This document shows positions 37,061-49,444 of a DNA stretch of 64,000 nucleotides, piece by piece. The DNA comes from Lama guanicoe. Lineage: Eukaryota. The number at the start of each line of letters is the position of its first letter. Positions within the stretch are counted from its first letter, which is position 1. A program made the translations under genes and the position numbers. Location of the stretch: contig MU056000.1 in the NCBI GenBank assembly GCA_013239625.1, forward strand, positions 13,157,175-13,221,174. The letters run 5' to 3'. Under the pieces are notes generated by a model. That model was not told the DNA's origin and made no database searches. It saw only the letters and a list, made by a program, of their open reading frames with translations.

Positions 37061-38444
37061 TTTTATGACTTCGTATTTTTTCAAAATAAAGCACTGATTT
37101 ATAAGTCATTTTTATAATTCTTACAAAAGGTGGATGAGCATAATTCATCTCAAAGCATTTATTTCTGATTGACTATTCTCTAACTCAAGGTAATATGGGT
37201 TGCAGAGGGTCTGTGTGTTCTTTTAATTACAATTTAGATTTATATAATAAAGATTTGACATTCACCAAAATTATATGCATTATTTTTCAAATGATACATG
37301 AATTCACAGAAATGATTTGTTGTGAAATTAAGATATTGAATATGTGTTATATTTTAATAAATTTAATATATATTTAAAATTAACCTTGAATAAATTTAGT
37401 AAAATTAATAAATAAATTTCAAAGTTATCCTTGAATTCTATGCATACTTAAAAATCTAAGTTAATTTCATCTGAAAATACAGCAAATTTTGTTCTGTCAG
37501 ATAGCTTTGAAATAAAAATGAAAGTTAAGTAAAATAATGTAACAAATCTACTGCAAGCATATCAAAGTACCTTTATTTTTAAATAAAGATTACCAGGAAA
37601 ATAACTTGCCTGGAAAAAAATTTATGTTAAACAGTTGTTATCACCTTTGATGATAGTCATAATCCAAAATTTAGGAAATCTAAAAACTTGTATAAGAAAT
37701 TCTCAGGTCATTTCTTGAATGTGCATTTCTTAGGTTGTTTCGCTTGAGAATACTGTCCATATGACAAGTAGTTAACACTGATGAGTTAAGGGTAATGTCA
37801 TTCTTTCTTTAAAAGGTCACTGTGAGTGTAGAAATATTATTTTAGAAATTAAACAGAGAAAGGTAGCTCCATACACCTATTCTGTCATGAACTACAAAGA
37901 CTGGCTTCTAGAAGGGAATCCAGATAGAAATTTATTTTAGTACAGGTATGTATTTCCATATGGACTCAGACAACATAAATTGATTATTAAAAAGATATTT
38001 TAATAAAGGAAGTTATAATTATAGCAAATAAAGGGAGTGAGCCAATCATCATAGAATTTGATCAATTTTAAGTTAGGCATCTGGCATCCAGGTGATGCAG
38101 ATTGTTCCTTTTAAAATGTAAAAGTGATGTCACAAAAAAAAAAGTGATGTCACTTTTAATGCACTAATTATCCTCCAGATGAAATCAAAGCACATTAACA
38201 TACTATCCATCAAATGTCAACACACCCTAATCTCTTCTTGATGTTCATCCCCTAACACCTTACTTGTAATCAATGCACTCTCCTCAGTGCCTTGAATGTA
38301 CCTGTAAAGGTGCTTCTAACTTTACCTGGCATTTCCTTTCACCTTTTCTTTATATTTGTACCAGACTCTTCAGAACGTTACTCAGAGGTCACTTTCATGC
38401 ATTCATCTACTCAGCCACTTTTTAGCAACTATTAAGAACACTCT

Positions 38445-39320
38445 ATGTGGAAGGGTCTAGGGGCTGTATTGTTGACAAAATGAGGTAAAGCCCTTACTTT
38501 CACAAACCTTATCTGCTAGTAGAGGTGGATGACAAAGATTAAATATATCAAGTGTTTTAAATTTAGAAAAAATAAGATAAGATATTGGGAATGAAATGGG
38601 AGGCATTTCATACAACATAGTTGGGTGGGCCTCTCTGATGAGATGAGTTTTGTACAGCAAGCTGAGTGCTGTGTGAACAGATAACTGAACTTTCGGTGAG
38701 AGTGTTACTGAGTCCAAGCGAGCTGCAGGACAAGCTAATAAGTCAAGACACAAGTTGCTGGGGAAAGGAATAGCAGCTTTATTCAAAACCAGCAGATGGA
38801 GAAGATGGTGGACTATTGTCCCAAAGAACTATCTTACGTAAGTTAGAATCCATGCTTCTTTTATACCAGAAGAGGAAGGGGGTGTAGTGTGTTGTTGCAA
38901 ACTTCTTGGTGCCAGAATTCTTTGTTATTGTGGGTGTCCACAGGGGTCTGGTCACAATAAACCTCCAACAAGACAAATGTTATTCTCTATTCTGCAACTT
39001 TTTATCTTTAGATGGATGGAAAAATATTATACCTTTAAAGGTCAGAGCCTTGAGAATGGGCTATCGTGTATATCTCAGGCTATAGGCAACATATTCTACA
39101 AAGGTGCAGAGCCATCATGTCTAAGAACAGGCAACAGAGCACAAGGGTTAGAGCTCTAATATGGAGTCAGGTTTGTTCCTCTCTGTTACAAGAGCATCAA
39201 AGCAGAAAGAGCAGCCAGTACTAAGGCCCTGAGAATAGTCAGCACAGGCACAAAGTAGGAAAGAAGTCAATGTGACTAGGGAGAGAGAAGTAGGAGAGGG
39301 GATGGGAGATCACACCAGAT
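38445..39320 (-). mobile_element. L2 3' fragment split by an LTR insertion
   Basis: Antisense L2 motifs on both sides of the LTR (aaaatgaggtaaagccctt; agagcatcaaagcagaaagagcagccagtactaaggccctgag). Confidence 0.65.
38703..39190 (-). mobile_element. Solo ERV1-class LTR (488 bp)
   Basis: TG...CA termini, perfect 4-bp TSD AGAG (38699-38702 and 39191-39194). Minus-strand TATAAAA (~38865) upstream of AATAAA (~38783). Confidence 0.92.
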
Positions 39321-40914
39321 GGCCATGGTTAAGCCTTCCCCGTGATCACCCCAGCCTTCTCCAAATGCTGGCGCCTTTTCTCCTGTGCTCGCCCACAGAA
39401 CCCTGCAACAGTCCAACCTCAGGCGTTATACACCAAGTAATGGAATGGCTTGTCTATGGGCCCCAGTTGGTGGTGTTCTTCTGTAGGTCATGCACTTGGC
39501 TTCTACCATACTCTCAACTCTTTTCACATTCATTTTATATTTCAGCTCTTGCCTTCTTGGCCACACTCTTCATTTATTGAACACTTATGAGTAAGCAGAA
39601 TTATCTGTAAGGCATCATTGTGAGTCGTAAGAAGAAACAAGTAATTCAGATCATTTTCCTTAAGAATCTTTACAATTAGTATTCTTTTTTCAATAAGATA
39701 TTTAAAGAAAATCATGCTTAGTTTCATGTAGGTGATGCATGTAAAATGCTGTGGGAGTTAAAAAAGGAGATCATTTCCTTTATTTGACTTTCAAGGTGGT
39801 TGCAGGGAGAAGTGACAGCATAGGGAGTGTGCTCAAGAAGTCTTATGTGTAGAAATGGCCTTTTTAAACTAAGCTTTTGGTGTACAATTATTGCAGAGAA
39901 ATGGTCAAATACCCTAAGTAGACTATAAAATCTTGGAAGTATGTAATGTATCATATTTTGTTCTTCCAACTATGAGCTGATAATATCTCTTATCATTACT
40001 ATATTATCTCCTAATTTAAAAATATTTTAAGACAAGGTTCATGTGTTCATATATTCCATTTTCTTACTTAAACTACATCAGCAATGCAAAATTTGATTTC
40101 CACTTTTGATGGCTTTGAAGTATGATAAAAATATCTTAAGGTATTTATTTGTGAAGCCAATCAGGAACATGATTCTGTAGCCTTGTTTTTTCATATTTTA
40201 ATGTTTTCTTACAGCTACCTAATTTATTAGTACTTTTACTGACTAAATTTGTAAATATTTATACAATATTAAAGTAGTTTTTAAAAAGAAGATACTCTTT
40301 TACACATAGATCATGAGTTTGCTACTATTTAGTTAATATGTAATGGCAATAAAAAATTTTATATGGCCAGGTTTTGTAAAAAGACACAACTGATTCTTGG
40401 TAAACATCTAACTCAGCTAGTGGGATTAAAAAAAAAAAAACATAATTATACCAGAAGGAAAATTACTTCTAGAGGATCCCAGTAAAGATTTGCTATAGAA
40501 GCTGGAAAGATCATCTAACACTTGGTTTAACTTAAGTAGGTAGGAAGAACTTCCTCTGAAATTGCTGTGCAGTAAAAAAATTAACATTAACCTCTTCTGC
40601 TCCTGAAGATAAGAGGACATACCATATAATTGAAGAAAACACTTCCTGTACTGCTTCCTTTTATGTTATCTTGCCTACAGAAGCAAGATTACTGATACTA
40701 GAAAAACATTATTGTTGGCATCTGCTATGAATAAGAGTTGTTGTCCTTTGTTTCTTATCTTAGAGTAATAGACATTTATAAGCAAAATTGTTATTTATTC
40801 TTCTTTCCAAGTTTCTCAAGATTATATGGTGACAAACTCCAATTTAAGAAATGTCCTAAACAGGTTTATTTAAAAAAACATCATGGAAAAAGTCGGAGGA
40901 TTAAAATGAAAGAA

Positions 40915-41035
40915 ATGTGAATCAATCTCAGTTTATCCACATGAAAGTTTATTCAACCTCTTTGAACTTCTATGAAAAATGGATAATAAAACTATTACTA
41001 GAGTGCTCATCAAGATTAAACATGGTATTATAGAA
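40915..41035 (+). mobile_element. MIR fragment
   Basis: aagtttattcaacctctttgaacttc...aaaatggataataaaacta...aagattaaa. Confidence 0.5.
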
Positions 41036-41509
41036 AATAAATGGTTCCAGTCATGTGAGTTAAAAGACACTTAAAATGAGAAAAGCGTTATTGATTTTTG
41101 AGAGTTCAACTGTAAAATGGATGCATGAGAGAACTGAAAAGTAATGTTGTCACTTTAAAGAGATTAAATGTCTCCCAGGTCAGCAAAATCTTACTGTAAT
41201 ACGATTTAATATATTGAGAAAGTCAAGGTTTTAATCTATCTACCGTATCTAAGGTAATATTTCTCATATGTAAGTAACGGATTAACCCTTTTTAAAAACC
41301 CAAAATAAGCAAAACAAAAGAAACAGTCAGAGGATATCCAGCATCAATGTGAAGAAAATTGTTAAGAATATTTAAATCTAGATTTGAAATAAACTGATTA
41401 GGATTATAGTTCATATAAAACAAACAAAATACCCCCCAAACCACACAATCAAATATATGAAAAAAGTAAGTGTGGAAGTGATATTCATACAAAGCTGTAT
41501 TTGGTCCCT

Positions 41510-43195
41510 TTAAGATGGCATGAAGTTAGCCTCTCCACGTTCCTCTCCTCTAAGAATAAGTATAACCCCTAGAAATAATGCAAGAGAAAACTTAAAGAGA
41601 ACTCTAAAAGGTAGAAAGAGGATAGCCAATTTTGGGGGGATCCCAAAATAGAAGGGAGAGCATAGTGGCAAGGCATCTTAGAATCTTCCCTACATTCTGA
41701 AGGTTGGTATGGTCAATAGAAGAAGACAACCTAGGCCTCGCGTTTCTGACACCCCACCTAGTGACAAAATTTGGCCCGGGAAGACTCACCTGTCTGCTGG
41801 ACTGAGTGGGTAGCCTGACAATATGAAACCAGGCAGCCTCACAGAATGAGGAAGGAGAATTGACTGAGCTCTTTGATGGAAATAAGAAGCCAGAATAAGC
41901 AGTTCCCCATCACACCTGAGACTCCCCTCTCACACCCTGTGACATCGTGTAGCCAGAGCACTAGAAAGGGTGACCTGACTTTCACAAATGTCCAGCTCAT
42001 AAAGAGCTCATTGTCCTCCACTGTCCAGGAAAATGAAGTCAGGGGAGTATTCTGCTACAAGAAGCACTTGCTAAGGAAGCACTTGTTTGTGAGTTGGAGA
42101 CTCTTATTCCACATTTGGCAATAGTTGGTCTGGCTTGGAAGCACTCCTTCCACTGACTCAAGCAATGTGAACGAAGATCATCAGCAGGAGGTCAACCAAC
42201 CAGACCAAAATAATAACATGGAGGATCTAAAAATTGATTGTCATTATCACAACAGCCCACAAAAGTGGGCCATGGCCTTCATGATAAAACTTAATAGGTG
42301 AATGCCTGTTAAAATTAAAAAAAAAAAAAGAAAGAAAATAAATAGGGCCCAAACGTTTCAAATGACAGTCAAAATATCCAGGATATAATTGAAAATCACC
42401 CATTATGCCAAAAACTAGGAAAATCACAGCTTGAATTAAAACTGACAATCAACTGCTGCTAACACTGGGGTGAATCAGATACTGGAATTATCTGACAAAG
42501 ATATTAAAGCAGCCATCATAAAAATGATTTAACAGGCAGCTATAAATTCTCCTGAAGCAAATACAAAACAAACCAGAAACTCCAGAAAAGAAATACAGCT
42601 TATAAAAAATGAAATTATAGAACAGAAAAATACAATGACAGATTTTTTTCTTTTCAAATAAAAATAAACTTAGCCTCAGGGACCTATTGGCCAATAAAAG
42701 AGACCCAATATTTGTATCACTGGAGTCTCAGGCAGAACTTGGACATCCCAGCCTTCAAAACTGTGAAAAACAAATGTTTATTATTTAAGCCACTTAGCTT
42801 ATGGCAGATTTTTATAGACAAATACCCAGAGCAACGGCTGAGAAAAACTCTACAAAGAGATTCACTCAAAAACATTTCAAATAAATCAAGAAGTCCTAAA
42901 AAATCTTCACATGAAAACAAGAAAAAAAAGAACCCAGAAAAATGGAAGTGGAGGAAAGAAAACAAGTGATAACATAGCATTCTTAAGCCCAAAACAAACA
43001 TAGCAATAATTACTTTAAGTGTAAATGGTGTAAATATATTACTTGATGAGCAGAGATTGTCACAGTGGATTTAAAAAAATAAAACATGGCTCAAGTATAT
43101 GCAGTTTACAAGAAACTCACTTTAAATTCAATGACATGAATAGCCTGAAAGTACACATTAATTTCCAAAAACAGCAAGAGTATATTGATTTCAAT
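41510..43195 (+). mobile_element. Old L1 (L1MC/L1MD-class) 5' UTR, ORF1 remnant and ORF2 EN start
   Basis: aagatggc start; tggaattatctgacaaagatattaaagcagccatcataaaaatg (ORF1-like). ORF 43043-43294 contains ICSLQETHFK, the L1 endonuclease motif. Confidence 0.8.
42735..42830 (+). mobile_element. MaLR LTR (MLT1A/B-like) 3' fragment inside L1
   Basis: cttggacatcccagccttcaaaactgtgaaaaacaaatgtttattatttaagccac. Confidence 0.7.
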
Positions 43196-43400
43196 CAAAA
43201 TGATAAAACTAATAAAATTAAACTTAGCAGATTTAAAAATAAATTAATGGTATTATTTAGGACAACAAACTTGCTCTTAGTGCCCCTTCCTTAAAGTCAA
43301 ATGCACTATATAGGTATTTTGAATTTTCATGTTATAAATCATCGTACTAAATATCTATAGGATAAACTAATGAAGCAACCCAAGAGATAATTGAAGAGTT

Positions 43401-43526
43401 GGGGGAGGGTATAGCTCAAGTGGTAGAATGCATGCTTAGCATGCAGTAGGTGCTGGGTTCAATCCCCAGTACCTCCATCAGAAATAAATAAGTAAATCAA
43501 ATTACCGCCCCGACCAATAAAAACCC
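43401..43526 (+). mobile_element. tRNA-derived SINE (camelid Vic-1 type)
   Basis: Starts GGGGGAGGGTATAGCTCAAGTGGTAGA. A box 43412-43423, B box 43456-43466, A-rich tail. 14-bp TSD AGATAAYTGAAGAG (43385-43398 and 43527-43540, one mismatch). Confidence 0.9.
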
Positions 43527-43540
43527 AGATAACTGAAGAG

Positions 43541-43785
43541 CCCCTAACCACATAAACGGAGTAGCCAATATTCAGTTCTGACACATCGTTCCTATGTGGG
43601 AACAGGAACTAATTTTGACAAGTAGTCTACATTTTTCAAGATCTGCCAGAGATCTAGATTTTTCTTGAAATTTCCTGTATTTACATGTATACAACTAATC
43701 AATACTCACTGTTTTAATCTCCTGTAAGTTAAACTAGACAGCTGGGGACATTTTTAACCCATGGGCTACCGGTCTGCCATTTCTG
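43541..43785 (-). mobile_element. MER103C-like (hAT-Charlie) fragment
   Basis: atttttcaagatctgccagagatctagatttttcttgaaatttcc and cccatgggctaccggtctgccatttctg match the recalled MER103C end. Confidence 0.6.
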
Positions 43786-44809
43786 TTCTAATTGAATTGC
43801 TGTCAATTAGTCTTGAAGTTGGTCTTTGATAATATTACTGGCTTTATTGAATAAGTCCACCTGTCTTTAATTCTCATTATCTTCAAACAATTAAAATTAT
43901 ACCACATGCCAAGAATATAAGGAAGATGCAAATATTAAAATGTTTAATATCATTGTCTAGATGAAAAAGACTCGATATATGTGTTTTTGTGATATGCATC
44001 TATTTAGGTGGCTAGATTAGTATAAAATTGAGAATGTAAACTTAAATACATCCATAAAGATTCTGCATATTCTAGAAATATATCCATCTATGGCTCTTGG
44101 AGAAAATTTACTTTGACATATTTAGACACCTAAGCAAAGACTGCCAGTCAGATTTGTCATGATATTTAAGCAGAAACACAAAAAATCAAGTTTGTTTGTT
44201 TTTTTTAAAGTGCAGATGATTCTTTATATGAGTTAAGTGAATCAGTGTCTTTTTAAGATTATGTTTAACATACCTTTAAATCTCTTATTTTAATTCCATG
44301 CTAATAACTCACCACTGGTTGGGATTTGGATTCCTGAATATTCTTTCTTAAAGAAGACATAACTCAGGCCCATCCTAAGGTGTGCTCTGCCTGCCATAGT
44401 CATTGTTATCATTGTAGATAATGTAGTGTTAGACACTAACTGATTTTAAAATTCTCAGTTCATTTTAAGTGTTTATTTGTTCCATTAAAAAATATCCAGC
44501 CCGAATTATAATAATCCCAGCCACCCTTTTGCATCTTTCCACTTCTTAAAGCCCTTATATTATGGTTTGAAAGTAAAGATGTGAACTATATCCACTCTTG
44601 GAATATTCACTAGAAATTTTAGCATGATACTAACTCAGTCTTAAAAAATTCAACGTCTTTCAGACTTGTGTGGGAAAAAATATTTATATATATTGCTACT
44701 TAAACTGTCAATCAGCTTTCATTAAAATGTAAGCAAATATTAACCATTTAAAACAAAAGAAATATAACAAATTAATAAAATGATGAGTGCAATCAAAGTT
44801 AGTTTTGAA

Positions 44810-44950
44810 TTTTTGGATTCACCATTTACCATCTATTAATGTACATATTACACTTACCCTCTTCAAAAATGTAGCTATGTCAGCTGTAAAACAGGGATAG
44901 TGAGAATGTACCATTCCTACATGACTTAAGAGAAGGCCGAAGGTAATGAG
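44810..44950 (+). mobile_element. MIR fragment
   Basis: caccatttaccatct...cacttaccctct...ctgtaaaacagggatagt. Confidence 0.5.
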
Positions 44951-45814
44951 AAAATGAGAAAAAACAGGTGATTCATTTACACTATATTTTATATACTTAC
45001 GTGTTTATATTGCATTTTAATTTTATTTACACATTCAAGTGATAATAACATACTTTGACCTTTAAATATACTGATTACATATGGATTTTTTTTTATTCTT
45101 AACTTAAGTTTTCAGGTAGTAAATATATTAACATTTAAGAAAGGGAAACCAATGATTAGACAGGTTGCAAAAGGGAAAAAATTTACAGACAAATTCATAT
45201 GTAATCAGTATAGTTTCAGTAAGTATAAGTACATACTTTTGAATTTTGAAAGACTTGATAAGAATTCATTATTTTGGTGAAAAAAAATCTTTATTCCTTT
45301 AACATCACAATTTTCAGATAAGATATATTTGGTTTTGATCATATATTGATCATCTTGAAAGACAAAAAATTATCTAAAGCACTTAGAAAAGAATCTTTTC
45401 TTAAGGTAATAAACAATGCCAAGTTGAGTATTAGTTAATAATAAATATTAATGAAGATTTTGAATGACATTGCCTCATTCTGCAAATCCAGGTTGCAAAG
45501 GAATTGCAAATTCAGTTCAATATAATCTGTATTTTTTTTTGTATATTTTTCTTAATACGACTTTGTATTTGCTATACTAGGAAAGCCTAAGTTATTGTTT
45601 TAGGTTATAAATTGAAAAATCCTCAGTCATCTTTATTTTATTTAGATATCAAGGAGCACACATTGAATTGCCCTGGTATGGGTCAGGAAGTACACAATCT
45701 AAAAACAATAGTTATGAATGTGTTTGAACTAAATGAAACCAAAATAAAGCTTCAACATTTTATATCTGATCTGAGAACCCTTGTAAAATGTTTACCTTCA
45801 AAAAATAAACTTTA

Positions 45815-46078
45815 GCTGTAACAACAGATAGTCTCCTGGAAAAGATGTAGTAGTCCCACTGTACCTTTTAATGATCTGAATATACCTGGAGCATGGAGGT
45901 TAGCTGGGAGCAATACTCTTCGATGTGATCTTAAAATACACTGCATTGTTTCACAAAATTGATTGATGTTTGAATCACCACTGTCAGTAAATGGGTAAAC
46001 AAATTGAAAGTTAAGGCTAGAAAAGGAAAGGATGGTAGGCTAGACATGATTATACTATTTTCTAACACGTGAGACTTT
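45815..46078 (+). mobile_element. L3/CR1 fragment
   Basis: tagtcccactgtac...cctggagcat...agacatgatt matches the L3 3' ORF region. Confidence 0.6.
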
Positions 46079-46079
46079 G

Positions 46080-46375
46080 TACTCCAGGAGAGATTACATG
46101 GCACCCTTCTGACGACCAGTCTTTATTCTGGGTCCCTGCAGAGGACCAGCCAAGACTTTTCTCAAGGCTGTGTTGCAGTGCATGGTTCCTTCCACTGAAA
46201 CCTTCTTTCATCTCTCCAAGCACAGGTTTCAGACCTGTGCTCTAGTCTGAAAATCTAGTCTGAATTCTGTGCCAATCCACCTCCCTCCTTCTATTAATGT
46301 CTACCAGTATTTCCCCCCGCAAAAACAGTATCTAATTAGATTTTAGCCCCTGCTTATCAGAGGAATGAAACTGGC
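46080..46375 (+). mobile_element. LTR16-family ERVL LTR fragment
   Basis: cacaggtttcagacctg...gtctgaa and the terminus tctaatt...ctgcttatcagagga. Confidence 0.6.
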
Positions 46376-47599
46376 TCAAAAAAATCACTCAACAGAAAAT
46401 TATTGAGTGGAAGAATGAATGGATAAAATAGTTTGGACTTTAACTTCACATTATTTAGTTTATCTAAAATAGTCTTTACTGCCATGTTATAATGTTACTA
46501 TTTTGGGGGACTACCGCCATCATATTTTAGTTTATTTACTCAAGCGGTTAAACTGTCTCTTTTGAGTCAAAGAAAAGCACCAAATTCCATTACGTTTGAA
46601 TAGATATTCCAGTACACATAATTATTTGGAGGCTAGTTAAATTGGGTGCAAAACAATTCAGGAGCAAATTACAGTACTAAAAGGATTCTTCCCATTACTA
46701 TAAATATATAATCATTATTCCACTTTTCTTTCAAGTTGATTGGCTCTCCTGGGGTTAGTGAGAGAAATTTACATATTTGTCTTTTATGTTAATCTCTGAA
46801 GGTAAACTCTGCAAAGGCTATTAGAAGATGAAAAAAATCTCCTGATTAATCGTTTTTGATGTCGAACAATTAGCAGAAACCAATCATTTGCATTTTAATA
46901 ACATTGTAACCATCTGTTAAATGAATGCGTTAATCTTGATTAGCTTGGTTCCAGACACTTGCATTTGGGGTTTACTGATGTGTTCACTGACAAAGAGATT
47001 TTTTTAAGTCTTGTATAGCTTTAATTTCCACAGTGAAAAGTAACTGAAGAGAATAATATAAACCTAACTAATGTGCTGATGGAGCGTAGAAAAGAAAAAT
47101 AGAAAATACTGTTGAAGAGACAAGAAATTTGGATATAAATAAATAAGCTAATTCAAACTAGAGAAGGCAAAGATTTCTTTTTTTATGTTTTGTGTTACAT
47201 AAACCTTAATATAAATCATCATATACCACTTGGCCAACTGCTAATGACATGATAACATTTTCTTTTCTTTTCAACAAAAAGCATGAAATGTACATTTGTA
47301 GCCAATGTATTGCCCGAAAGATCTGTGAGAAGAAAAGCAAAATTATTCAATTAATAGAGAATTACTCTACTAGATCATTAAAATGGAGATTAAAGAAGAT
47401 GTTTAATAAGGTCACATCGTACAAATTTCATTCTTTTCAAATGGTCTCTTTGTGGTTTTAACAGTCCTCATTTTCTTTCTGCAGCTCTACTCAGATGAGC
47501 TATTTGTGACCTCTGAATCACACTCAGTCATTAGAGATATGTATGCTTATAATTGCGTGTAAATTCCCTTTTTAAAAAATTGAAAACTTTTCTCTATTT

Positions 47600-49420
47600 C
47601 CAAACAATAACAACAAAATCACCCCATGGGTAACATCATGTGTAATAGGGAACATATTGAATAATCTCAGTAGACGGATAAAAGTAAGGACTCCTAGTGT
47701 TACTTCTAGTGAAAATGTTACCCAAGATCTTGGCTCTTATATTAAGGAAAGAAAAAATATAATGTATTTTAAAAGTCAGAATCAAAGAATTACATCACTC
47801 TCTGTTTGCAGATGGCATTATTGTTATATGTAGAAAATTTAAGAACTCTAGTGCTTAAGAGTTCTAAGCACTAGAACTAACAATGGATATGATTGATGTC
47901 ATTGGCTATGAGGTTAACATATGACCAGAAATAGGTGGTCATTGACTTTGGACCTTCTCTGCACACTATACACACAAAAATCCTCAAAAATGTATAGATA
48001 TGAATATTAAAGCTAAAACCATAAAGACATCAGAGCAATCAAGGGAGAATATCTTTGGGATTGGGGAGTGAGGAAATAATTTTTAGAGAAAAAACAGAAT
48101 CAATAACCTTAAATTAAAATTTAATAATTTAACTTAATCAGCATTAATAAAATACTCATCAAGCCACATTGTTAAAAAATGAATTAGCAAGTCACAGACT
48201 AGGAGAAAATTTTAAACAAAGAATGTGACAAAGACTGATATTGTGGTATACAAATGTTACAATTCAATAACAGAAGACAACAAACTGAATAAAATTGCCC
48301 AAGTATCTAAACAGACAGTACATAAAAATTAACACATTAATAGCCAAAGCACAAGAAAATAGCTCAATATCACCAGTTATCAAGGGTGTGCAATTTAAAT
48401 CCACAATTTGATACAACTACACACCCACTAAGACATCTAAAATGAAAGCACAGATGACATCAAATGTTAGTGAAGATGTAGAACAGTTGAAACACTTACA
48501 CATTATTGCTAGGTGTGTAAAATCATTCACACAGTGAAGAAATGTCTGGAAGCTTTTCATAAGATTAAATCTACACCTTCTGAGCAACTTTATTCCTCAA
48601 AATTATCAAAGATAAATGAAAATGTGCTCACTAAATGGCTTGCACAGAATGACCATTGCACGTTTTGTTCCTAAGAGCCAAAAGCTGAAAACACCTTAAA
48701 GTTCCATCAGTAGGAATAAATGGCTGAATATTTTGCAGTATAGTCTTAAAGTGTAATGCTACTCAGCAGGAATAAACATAGAATGAACTACTGATATTTG
48801 CAGCAGCCTGAATGACTCAAAAGTATTTCACTGAGTAAAGAGACTGACACAAAAATTATAAACTCTTTGGTTCCATTTATATTACACTATGTGTAATATA
48901 ATTATACTAAATTACATTTATATGAATTCTAGGATAGACATACCAAATCTGTAATGCAAAAATAATCAGGATAGTAGCTCTTTCTTGGGAATGGGTACGG
49001 GAATTGACTAGAAACAACATGACAGAGAATTCTGAGGGACTAGGGATGTTCTATACATTGCTAAAAGTTTGAATTCCACAGGTGTATGAATTTATCACAT
49101 CCCAAAGAATGTACACTTTTGATATGAGAATTTCATTTTTGTAAAGTTTACATAAAATGCCAAAATTCCTGAAGCAAATATCAAGTTATTTTTAATGATC
49201 AACATGTTGAGATATTTATGGAGGAATTTAGTGATATCTTCAATTGACTTTCAAATACATTTGCATAAAACCAGTGGATGTTTAAATAGGTAGATGGAGA
49301 AATAAATAAATGAGTAAAACATGTAAAGTACAATATTTCTTTAAGAAACTAAGAGGTAGTAATACAGGAGTTTGTATAAACCTCTTTCAACTTTGATTGG
49401 AAAATGTTTATAATATTGGA
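47600..49420 (+). mobile_element. Old L1 (L1ME2/3-like) ORF2 3' half and 3' UTR
   Basis: ctctctgtttgcagatggcatt encodes an SLFAD-like RT motif. Also tacaactacacacccacta and the L1ME-type end ctctttcaactttg. Confidence 0.85.
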
Positions 49421-49444
49421 GAAGAGTGTTGTAAGCTGTTTGTA

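Noticed and set aside
43401..43478. tRNA gene
   Set aside because: A tRNA-like head is followed by an A-rich tail and flanked by a TSD, which is the structure of a SINE.
46080..46375. LTR16 fragment as the missing 3' LTR of the ERVL provirus
   Set aside because: Opposite orientation to the provirus, ~7 kb away, and apparently a different LTR16 variant.
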